Shown in pieces: positions 1 through 5,743 of a stretch of DNA of 5,743 nt. The translations under genes were made by a program, and so were the position numbers. The first letter of the stretch is position 1. Each line of letters begins with the position of its first letter. The DNA lies in IMG/VR virus record IMGVR_UViG_2740892421_000003; one strand, written 5' to 3'. The notes beneath the pieces are model-generated. The model saw only the letters and a program-made list of their open reading frames with translations. It had not been told where the DNA came from and did no database searches. The DNA comes from a virus (lineage: Duplodnaviria > Heunggongvirae > Uroviricota > Caudoviricetes).

Positions 1-2
1 CG

Positions 3-3000
3 TCATCGGCCTCATCGGCGTCTGCTTCAAAAGATGAGGCGACCAGACAAGCGTCAGCAGCGAAGGGCAGCGCCACGACGGCATCCACGAAGGCAACAGA
101 GGCTGCTGGCAGTGCGACGGCGGCATCTCAGAGCAAAACTACTGCTGAATCCGCTGCGACCCGTGCGGAAGCTGCTGCTGATCGTGCTGAAGAGATTGCC
201 GGTGCAGTTGCGATGGAAGACGCAAGCCTTACAACTAAAGGTGTTGTGAAACTTAGCAGTGCTGTTGATAGCACCAGTGAATCGCTGGCCGCAACGCCAA
301 AAGCAGTTAAAGCAGCCAATGACAATGCGAATAGCAGGGTGCCATCTAACCGAAAAGTTAACGGAAAAGCACTGACTGCGGATATAACATTAACGCCGAA
401 AGATATTGGTACTTTAAATTCAGTAACGATGTCTTTCTCTGGCGGGGCTGGGTGGTTCAAACTGGCTACGGTTACCATGCCACAAGCGAGTTCCATCGTT
501 TACATCGCATTGATTGGTGGCGCTGGTTACAACGTCGGTTCCCNNNNNNNNNNCACATTAACGCCGAAAGATATTGGTACTTTAAATTCAGTAACGATGT
601 CTTTCTCTGGCGGGGCAGGGTGGTTCAAACTGGCTACGGTTACCATGCCACAAGCGAGTTCCATCGTTTACATCGCATTGATTGGTGGCGCTGGTTACAA
701 CGTCGGTTCCCCACATCAGGCAGGCATTTCAGAACTGGTTCTACGAGCAGGCAATGGAAACCCCAAAGGAATTACCGGGGCTTTGTGGAAGCGTACAGCC
801 GTCGGATTAACGAATTTCGCCTGGATCAACACATCCGGCGATACATATGATATTTACGTTGAGATTGGCAATTATGCGACGAGTGTAAATATCCATTGGG
901 ATTGTACTGCAAATGCGTCAGTTTCTGTTTATACCTCGCCAACATATTCAGCGAGTAAGCCTTCCAGCGTTACCTATGGTGTTGTTTATACGATGTATAG
1001 CTCACATCAGAAACCTACACCATCAGATATTGGAGCACTGCCAACAACCGGAGGAACAGTTTCAGGTCCGTTGTCTGTTACAGGTGGATTAACTGGTTCA
1101 TTGAATGGTAATGCAAGTACAGCCACGAAATTGCAGACGGCAAGATCTATCGGTGGAGTTGTTTTCGACGGTTCTGCAAATATTAACCTTCCAGGTGTAA
1201 ACACTACGGGTAATCAGAACACCACTGGTAATGCTGCAACTGCTACAAAACTTCAGACTGCAAGAAAAATATCCGGTGTTCCATTTGATGGTTCTACTGA
1301 TATCACTTTAACCGCCGCGCATGTGGCTGCTTTTGCCAGAAGGGCAACGGATACATATGCCGATGCGGATGGTGGCGTTCCCTGGAATGCCGAATCAGGC
1401 GCTTACAATGTCACCCGCTCTGGCGACAGCTATATTCTGGTTAACTTCTATACCGGAGTCGGAAGTTGCCGGACCCTGCAGATGAAGGCGCATTACAGAA
1501 ATGGTGGTCTGTTCTACCGTTCTTCAAGAGACGGTTATGGTTTTGAGGATGACTGGGCAGAAGTTTATACCTCGAAAAATCTTCCACCAGAAAGCTACCC
1601 AGTCGGCGCACCAATCCCGTGGCCATCAGATACCGTTCCGTCTGGCTATGCCCTGATGCAGGGGCAGACTTTTGACAAATCTGCATACCCGAAACTTGCA
1701 GTGGCTTATCCGTCAGGCGTTATTCCTGATATGCGTGGCTGGACGATTAAGGGCAAGCCCGCCAGTGGTCGTGCCGTATTGTCTCAGGAACAGGACGGCA
1801 TTAAATCGCACACCCACAGCGCCAGCGCATCCAGTACGGATTTGGGGACGAAAACCACATCATCGTTTGATTACGGCACTAAATCCACGAATAACACTGG
1901 TGCACATACCCATAGTGTTAGCGGTACGGCTGCTTCAGCCGGTGCACATACCCATTCGATGACATTTGTTTCAGGTGGTTCCAGTGGTGCTCCGGGAANN
2001 NNNNNNNNAGGTGCTTTGTGGAAGCGTACAGCTGTCGGATTAGCGAATTTCGCCTGGATCAACACATCCGGCGATACATATGATATTTACGTTGAAATTG
2101 GCAATTATGCGACGAGTGTAAATATCCATTGGGATTGTACTGCAAATGCGTCAGTTTCTATTTATACATCGCCAACATATTCAGCGAGTAAGCCTTCCAG
2201 CGTTACCTATGGTGTTGTTTATACGATGTATAGCACACATCAGAAACCGACGCCGTTAGATATTGGAGCACTGCCAACAACCGGAGGAACAGTTTCAGGT
2301 CCGTTGTCTGTTACTGGTGGTATCACCGGAACATTAAATGGTAATGCAAGTACAGCAACGAAATTGCAGACGGCAAGATCTATCGGTGGAGTTGGTTTCG
2401 ACGGTTCTGCAAATATCAACCTTCCAGGTGTAAATACTACGGGTAATCAGAACACCACTGGTAATGCCGCAACTGCTACAAAACTACAGACGGCAAGAAC
2501 TATCGGCGGCGTGAGCTTTGATGGTACTGCAAATATTAATTTGCCAGGTGTTAATACGACTGGTAATCAGAATACAACAGGTAATGCGGCTACTGCTACG
2601 AAGTTGCAGACTGCGCGTACTATTAATGGGGTGTCGTTTGACGGTTCTAAAAACATTGAGCTAACTCCAAGGTCTATAGGCACGATCAACTCAGCAACAA
2701 TATCTTTTAGTGGTGGTGCCGGATGGTTCAAGCTGGCAACTGTAACCATGCCACAGGCCAGTTCCGTGGTTTACATAAGCCTGATTGGTGGTGCAGGGTA
2801 TAACGTTGGCTCCCCGCATCAAGCAGGCATCTCTGAGCTGGTTCTGCGTGCCGGAAATGGAAATCCAAAGGGTATTACTGGTGCATTATGGCGACGGACA
2901 TCGGTTGGATTTACTAATTTTGCATGGGTGAATACATCCGGTGATACCTATGATGTTTATGTTGAAATAGGTAATTACGCCACAGGTGTTAATATTCAGT

Positions 3001-5330
3001 GGGATTATACCAGTAACGCCAGCGTAACGATTCATACATCACCAACTTATACAGCGAATAAACCAACTGGTCTTACTGATGGAACGGTATATGTCATTTA
3101 CAGTTCGCACATTAAACCGACCGCCACGGATGTCGGCGCATTACCAATAACCGGAGGAAATCTCAACGGCGGTTTAACGGCTACTGGTGAGATCATTTCA
3201 AAATCGGCGAATGGTCTGCGCATTGCCTACGGAAGCTACGGATTCTTTATCCGAAACGATGGTTCAAACACATATTTCATGTTGACCAATTCGGGTAACA
3301 GCCTGGGAACCTATAATAGTTTAAGGCCGCTTATCATTAACAATGCCAATGGTGCTGTTACGATCGCTAATGGACTCAATGTTACTGGTGGCGTAAATGG
3401 TAGCTTGAATGGCAATGCTTCAACGGCTACGAAGTTGCAAACAGCGAGAAACATCAATGGTGTTAAGTTTGATGGTTCAGGCGATATCAATATTAATACA
3501 TTGGTATCTCGTGGCCGAGTTACGGCGTTAAGCGGCTCTACTCAAGGCACTGCTGGCATTCAAATGTATGAGGCGTACAACAATAGCTACCCGACCATGT
3601 ATGGCAACGTATTGCACATGAAAGGTGCGAGTGCTTCTGGTGAGGGCGAGATGCTTGTTGGCTGGAGCGGAACGGATGGTGCTCATGCACCGGTTTATGT
3701 TCGTTCACGCCGTGATACTTCGACAGCGAATTGGTCTGGTTGGGCGCAGGTCTATACCACTGCTCATAAACCCACAGCGAAAGATGTTGGGGCTGCACAG
3801 ACGTTTAGCGCGTCATACAGTACTGGGGCTGGCAACTGGACTACCGCTGAATTTATCGCATGGCTGAAGGAGCGTGGTGCTTTCGCCGTACCGTATTGGA
3901 TGATGAAAGGCTCTTGGTCATATGCCGACAATAAAATTATCACTGATACAGGTGTCGGCAATATTTGTCTTGCTGGTGCGGTTATCGAGGTTTTAGGTCA
4001 CGAAGGCGCAATGACCATCCGAGTTACTACGCCTACAACGACAACCGGAGGTGGTATTGCCAGTGCTCAGTTCACCTATATTAATCACGGTAGCGCGTAT
4101 GCCCCTGCCTGGCGCAGAGATTACAACACTGCTCTCAAACCCACTGCGGCTGATGTCGGTGCGTTACCGATTTCTGGCGGAACAATGACTGGTGTGCTGA
4201 CGCTGCAAAATGTGAGTCAGCCCCTCAAGACGCAAGGTGGAGGCATTCTGGCAAATGATGGAAATTTATACATTAATAAGTCGGGATTTGCAGGCTGGAT
4301 TGATGCGCTATTTATGAAAAACAGCGGCGGTACGATGTCCGGACAGCTTAAGATCCGCTCTACGGATGGGTTACGCATTTACGATGCGGCATACGGGATG
4401 ATTTTTCGCCGTTCCGAAAATAATTTTTACCTTATCCCGACAGCAAAAGACCAGGGAGAAAATGGTGATATAGGTTCGCTTCGTCCATTTTATGTAGATC
4501 TCACTAATGGCAGAGTAACAATGGGCAATGGTGCTGTTGTTAACGGTGGTCTTGGGCTGGGTGTGGTCAATGGTCTTGGCGGTAATTCCATTGTTCTGGG
4601 TGACAATGACACCGGCTTTAAACAGAACGGAGATGGCATTCTGGATGTTTACGCCAATAGCGCCCATGTTTTTAGGTTCGTTAATAGCACGCTGCAAAGC
4701 CTTAAGCCGTTGAGTGTAACGGGTGACATCACGTCAAGTGCGTGGGTTTACGCCAACCGTTTTTCCATCAACAGCGGCTCTGGCGCGTGGATAGATATGC
4801 GTAACCAGAACGTCATCTTCGGGAGGAACGCTGTAAGTACAAGCTCTGCACAAGCGTTGTTGAGACAAGACCACGCGGATCGCAAATTCTTCTTGGGTGG
4901 CTTGGGAAACAGTCAGTTTGGTTTTTACATGATCAACAACTCACGTACCGCAAACGGCACTGACGCTGCCGCTTATCTCCAGAACGACGGCACTTGGGTT
5001 TGCGCAGGCAACGGTAGTTTTAATGACGTTTACATCCGTTCCGACCGCCGTAGTAAGCGCAATATTCGCAAAATTGAGCGGGCGCTCGACAAGCTGGAGC
5101 AGATCGAAGGTGTTCTCTACGAGATTCAGGTCTGTGGCCGTTATGAGCAGTCTGGCGGCCTCATCGCTCAGGACGTCCAGAATGTTCAGCCTGAACTGGT
5201 AACGGTTGACCATAACGATCAGTCAGGAGAGCCTCGTCTGCGTCTTAACTACAACGGCGTTATCGGCATGTTGGTCGAGGCTGTCAAAGAGCTGCGCGAG
5301 GAAGTGCGCGAACTGAAGGCAAAAATGTAA
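3..5330 (+). CDS. Long (side) tail fibre protein, mosaic, with C-terminal intramolecular chaperone domain; 5'-partial (continues upstream of window); spans two N-run gaps
   Basis: Frame +3 has no stop codon from nt 3 to TAA at 5328-5330 (1775 sense codons in window). Translation upstream of the track's ATG at 213 reads [70 protein letters not shown], a typical fibre shaft, so 213 is an internal Met. Contains the Stf-type motif [25 protein letters not shown], 40-aa tail-fibre repeats, a tail-collar-like block, HTHS motifs, and an S-D-x-x-x-K C-terminal domain. Family call from memory, not a search. Confidence 0.9.
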   Translation, partial: SSASSASASKDEATRQASAAKGSATTASTKATEAAGSATAASQSKTTAESAATRAEAAADRAEEIAGAVAMEDASLTTKGVVKLSSAVDSTSESLAATPKAVKAANDNANSRVPSNRKVNGKALTADITLTPKDIGTLNSVTMSFSGGAGWFKLATVTMPQASSIVYIALIGGAGYNVGSXXXXTLTPKDIGTLNSVTMSFSGGAGWFKLATVTMPQASSIVYIALIGGAGYNVGSPHQAGISELVLRAGNGNPKGITGALWKRTAVGLTNFAWINTSGDTYDIYVEIGNYATSVNIHWDCTANASVSVYTSPTYSASKPSSVTYGVVYTMYSSHQKPTPSDIGALPTTGGTVSGPLSVTGGLTGSLNGNASTATKLQTARSIGGVVFDGSANINLPGVNTTGNQNTTGNAATATKLQTARKISGVPFDGSTDITLTAAHVAAFARRATDTYADADGGVPWNAESGAYNVTRSGDSYILVNFYTGVGSCRTLQMKAHYRNGGLFYRSSRDGYGFEDDWAEVYTSKNLPPESYPVGAPIPWPSDTVPSGYALMQGQTFDKSAYPKLAVAYPSGVIPDMRGWTIKGKPASGRAVLSQEQDGIKSHTHSASASSTDLGTKTTSSFDYGTKSTNNTGAHTHSVSGTAASAGAHTHSMTFVSGGSSGAPGXXXXGALWKRTAVGLANFAWINTSGDTYDIYVEIGNYATSVNIHWDCTANASVSIYTSPTYSASKPSSVTYGVVYTMYSTHQKPTPLDIGALPTTGGTVSGPLSVTGGITGTLNGNASTATKLQTARSIGGVGFDGSANINLPGVNTTGNQNTTGNAATATKLQTARTIGGVSFDGTANINLPGVNTTGNQNTTGNAATATKLQTARTINGVSFDGSKNIELTPRSIGTINSATISFSGGAGWFKLATVTMPQASSVVYISLIGGAGYNVGSPHQAGISELVLRAGNGNPKGITGALWRRTSVGFTNFAWVNTSGDTYDVYVEIGNYATGVNIQWDYTSNASVTIHTSPTYTANKPTGLTDGTVYVIYSSHIKPTATDVGALPITGGNLNGGLTATGEIISKSANGLRIAYGSYGFFIRNDGSNTYFMLTNSGNSLGTYNSLRPLIINNANGAVTIANGLNVTGGVNGSLNGNASTATKLQTARNINGVKFDGSGDININTLVSRGRVTALSGSTQGTAGIQMYEAYNNSYPTMYGNVLHMKGASASGEGEMLVGWSGTDGAHAPVYVRSRRDTSTANWSGWAQVYTTAHKPTAKDVGAAQTFSASYSTGAGNWTTAEFIAWLKERGAFAVPYWMMKGSWSYADNKIITDTGVGNICLAGAVIEVLGHEGAMTIRVTTPTTTTGGGIASAQFTYINHGSAYAPAWRRDYNTALKPTAADVGALPISGGTMTGVLTLQNVSQPLKTQGGGILANDGNLYINKSGFAGWIDALFMKNSGGTMSGQLKIRSTDGLRIYDAAYGMIFRRSENNFYLIPTAKDQGENGDIGSLRPFYVDLTNGRVTMGNGAVVNGGLGLGVVNGLGGNSIVLGDNDTGFKQNGDGILDVYANSAHVFRFVNSTLQSLKPLSVTGDITSSAWVYANRFSINSGSGAWIDMRNQNVIFGRNAVSTSSAQALLRQDHADRKFFLGGLGNSQFGFYMINNSRTANGTDAAAYLQNDGTWVCAGNGSFNDVYIRSDRRSKRNIRKIERALDKLEQIEGVLYEIQVCGRYEQSGGLIAQDVQNVQPELVTVDHNDQSGEPRLRLNYNGVIGMLVEAVKELREEVRELKAKM
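237..311 (+). other. Conserved side-tail-fibre motif ([25 protein letters not shown]), as recalled from lambda Stf and relatives
   Basis: Direct translation of frame +3. The motif and preceding Ala/Ser/Thr-rich stretch resemble the central region of lambda Stf as I recall it (..[25 protein letters not shown]..). Confidence 0.7.
387..711 (+). repeat. Tandem direct repeat: 157-nt unit (387-543) repeated at 555-711, period 168 nt, copies separated by the 10-N run
   Basis: Both copies encode [52 protein letters not shown]. By manual alignment there is one mismatch (T449 vs A617, GCT vs GCA, synonymous). Confidence 0.85.
544..553. other. Run of 10 N (assembly gap or masked bases) inside the tail fibre ORF
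   Basis: Literal nnnnnnnnnn in the sequence; flanked on both sides by the same 157-nt repeat unit. Confidence 0.99.
778..1265 (+). repeat. Long direct repeat, copy A (~488 nt; partner at 2011-2498, in-frame offset 1233 nt)
   Basis: Manual alignment gives about 28 mismatches in about 488 positions (about 94% identity; needs computational confirmation). Encodes [49 protein letters not shown]...[17 protein letters not shown]...[12 protein letters not shown]. Confidence 0.85.
1101..1320 (+). repeat. Two tandem copies of the ~40-aa phage tail-fibre repeat (120-nt period)
   Basis: [43 protein letters not shown] followed by [27 protein letters not shown]. The GGT-AAT-GCx starts at 1107 and 1227 are exactly 120 nt apart. 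Confidence 0.8.
1599..1998 (+). other. Tail-collar-like domain followed by three His-x-His (HTHS) motifs; a lambda-Stf-type distal receptor-binding region found here in the middle of the ORF
   Basis: [133 protein letters not shown]. Matches my recollection of the C-terminal region of lambda Stf and of tail-collar domains (..LPDMRGW..). The block ends exactly at the second N run. Confidence 0.75.
1999..2008. other. Run of 10 N (assembly gap or masked bases) inside the tail fibre ORF
   Basis: Literal N run. Left flank is the end of the HxH block; right flank starts in the middle of the repeated module (GALWKRT...). Confidence 0.99.
2011..2498 (+). repeat. Long direct repeat, copy B (partner of 778-1265)
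   Basis: Same manual alignment as copy A. Protein differs at only about 7-8 residues (for example LTNF/LANF, SVSVY/SVSIY, TPSDIG/TPLDIG, GGVVFDG/GGVGFDG). Confidence 0.85.
2334..2680 (+). repeat. Three tandem copies of the ~40-aa tail-fibre repeat (120-nt period; units start near 2340, 2460, 2580)
   Basis: ..[40 protein letters not shown] / [40 protein letters not shown] / [27 protein letters not shown]. Nucleotide copies are diverged, mostly at synonymous positions. Confidence 0.85.
2664..3158 (+). repeat. Third, diverged copy of the ~230-aa fibre module (TPRSIG...[18 protein letters not shown]...[10 protein letters not shown]...[16 protein letters not shown]...[17 protein letters not shown])
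   Basis: Collinear at protein level with 387-1058. Nucleotide sequence is clearly more diverged than the A/B pair (roughly three quarters identical by eye, not computed). Confidence 0.75.
3213..4580 (+). other. Distal fibre region with two related units of about 60-70 aa (3213-3400 and 4368-4580; pattern GLRI..Y..G..FR....N.YF..T.....G...SLRP......NG.VT..NG) and small domains each ending in a KPT..D.GA junction
   Basis: [54 protein letters not shown] versus [55 protein letters not shown]. Protein-level similarity only; no nucleotide repeat. Confidence 0.5.
3405..3500 (+). repeat. Sixth, isolated copy of the 40-aa tail-fibre repeat
   Basis: [31 protein letters not shown] in frame +3. Confidence 0.75.
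5040..5327 (+). other. C-terminal intramolecular chaperone / autoproteolytic domain (endosialidase-chaperone, peptidase S74-like); predicted cleavage after Ser encoded at 5040-5042, Lys at 5055-5057
   Basis: Translation ..[102 protein letters not shown]. The S-D-x-x-x-K spacing and the GLIAQDV / LNYNGVIG / terminal helix signature match the self-cleaving C-terminal domains of phage K1F endosialidase and T5 pb1 as I recall them. Confidence 0.8.
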
Positions 5331-5336
5331 TCAAGG

Positions 5337-5366
5337 TGAATGGTGAGGGGCCACCCTCACCATTCA
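5337..5366 (+). terminator. Perfect hairpin (13-bp stem, 4-nt GCCA loop) 6 nt after the fibre stop codon; possible terminator or attenuator lacking a canonical U-tract
   Basis: TGAATGGTGAGGG-GCCA-CCCTCACCATTCA; all 13 positions pair (7 G:C). Downstream sequence is GGATATTCACATC, not a T run. Confidence 0.45.
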
Positions 5367-5382
5367 GGATATTCACATCAAA

Positions 5383-5388
5383 AAGGAG
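5383..5388 (+). promoter_or_regulatory. Shine-Dalgarno sequence (AAGGAG) for the downstream gene
   Basis: AAGGAG sits 7 nt upstream of GTG at 5396 (5 nt upstream of the out-of-frame ATG at 5394). Confidence 0.6.
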
Positions 5389-5395
5389 ATTAGAT

Positions 5396-5743
5396 GTGCC
5401 AATTGTCGGTGTTCCCGGTTGGATTGGGTCTTCGGCTGTCAGTGTGACAGGCCAGAGATGGATGAGTGCGGCTCGAACGGCGGTGCAACTGCCAGCGGCT
5501 GGTTCAATGTCTCAAATGGCCGGGCGATCTAAAGAAGTTCAGTACAGCATCGGTGCGAATCATAACTACAACAAAGACACACTGATCAACTATTTAAAAT
5601 CCCAGGGGGCGACGCCAGTCGTTGTTACCATTACAGGGGATCTGGTGTCGTCCAGTAGCGGCGTGCCATGTTTAGATTTCCCGAGTTCACTTACCAACTC
5701 TTATATCAGCCTTGTAATCAACGCAGGTGTGACTGTCTATGGA
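5396..5743 (+). CDS. Hypothetical phage protein, GTG start, 3'-partial (runs off window); function unknown
   Basis: Frame +2 is open from GTG 5396 to the window end (116 codons, no stop): (M)PIVGVPGWIGSSAVSVTGQRWMSAARTAVQLPAAGSMSQMAGRSKEVQYSIGANHNYNKDTLINYLKSQGATPVVVTITGDLVSSSSGVPCLDFPSSLTNSYISLVINAGVTVYG. The overlapping ATG at 5394 is in another frame and stops after 17 codons. Missing from the ORF track because it has no ATG start and no stop in window. Confidence 0.6.
   Translation, partial: MPIVGVPGWIGSSAVSVTGQRWMSAARTAVQLPAAGSMSQMAGRSKEVQYSIGANHNYNKDTLINYLKSQGATPVVVTITGDLVSSSSGVPCLDFPSSLTNSYISLVINAGVTVYG

Noticed and set aside
213-215. ATG at 213 as the start codon of the tail fibre gene (as implied by the ORF track)
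   Set aside because: The same frame is open back to the window edge and the upstream translation is a typical fibre shaft continuous with the downstream motif, so the gene starts upstream of the window and this Met is internal.
128-496. Minus-strand 122-aa ORF, and other small overlapping ORFs in the track (452-850 +, 1007-1204 -, 1441-1686 -, 1672-1962 +, 1871-2065 -, 2567-2749 -, 3538-3798 -, 3625-3867 +, 3764-3961 -, 4371-4697 -, 4528-4713 +, 4941-5213 -)
   Set aside because: All lie wholly inside the long fibre CDS in alternative frames. Their translations are low-complexity or Arg/Leu-rich shadows with no start context I can support; 452-850 is itself duplicated only because it overlaps the nucleotide repeat.
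544-553. Treating the N runs as biological features
   Set aside because: N runs are assembly or masking artifacts; they are reported only because they sit at repeat boundaries and affect interpretation of the ORF.
387-2498. Diversity-generating retroelement (template/variable repeat pair) targeting the fibre
   Set aside because: Mismatches between repeat copies are of all types (C/T, G/A, T/A, C/A), not confined to adenines of one copy; the repeats are internal rather than at the extreme C-terminus; no reverse transcriptase is in the window.
2334-2680. CRISPR-like or other noncoding tandem repeat array
   Set aside because: The repeat period is 120 nt, in frame within the open CDS, and the units are diverged at synonymous positions; these are protein-coding repeats.
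5394-5447. ATG-initiated 17-codon ORF overlapping the start of the downstream gene
   Set aside because: It ends at TGA after 17 codons while the GTG two bases downstream opens a frame running to the window end with a well-placed ribosome-binding site. A leader peptide cannot be excluded, but nothing supports it.
1-5743. Invertible tail-fibre segment (Gin/Pin/Cin/Min-type switch)
   Set aside because: No inverted-repeat crossover sites of that kind are recognisable, all large repeats are direct, there is no oppositely oriented alternative fibre C-terminus or tfa gene, and no invertase gene is in the window.
5396-5743. Downstream gene as a Tfa-type tail fibre assembly chaperone
   Set aside because: The N-terminal sequence does not resemble lambda Tfa or P2 G-type proteins as I recall them, and the fibre already carries an intramolecular chaperone domain.

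Overview
This 5743-nt window is almost entirely one very long plus-strand ORF encoding a mosaic phage or prophage long (side) tail fibre. The ORF is open in frame +3 from the 5' window edge (nt 3) to a TAA at 5328-5330, so it is 5'-truncated; the ATG at 213 in the ORF track is internal. Reading 5' to 3', the translation shows: an Ala/Ser/Thr-rich shaft with a lambda-Stf-like conserved motif; a repeated module of about 230 aa present in three copies (two near-identical, one diverged); six copies of a 40-aa tail-fibre repeat on a 120-nt period; an internal tail-collar plus His-x-His block that is normally a fibre C-terminus; a distinct distal region; and a C-terminal self-cleaving intramolecular chaperone domain with an S-D-x-x-x-K dyad. 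Two runs of exactly 10 N (544-553, 1999-2008) sit at repeat boundaries inside the ORF, so ORF continuity and repeat copy number are not established by this sequence. Downstream there is a perfect 13-bp-stem hairpin, an AAGGAG ribosome-binding site, and a GTG-initiated gene of unknown function that runs off the 3' edge and is absent from the ATG-only ORF track. I see no tRNA, rRNA, CRISPR array, IS element, integrase or invertase. All family assignments are from reading the translation and from memory of these families; no database search was run. I do not see a clearly novel multi-gene system; the most interesting candidates are the dual-ending mosaic fibre, its internal recombination substrates and the unassigned downstream gene.
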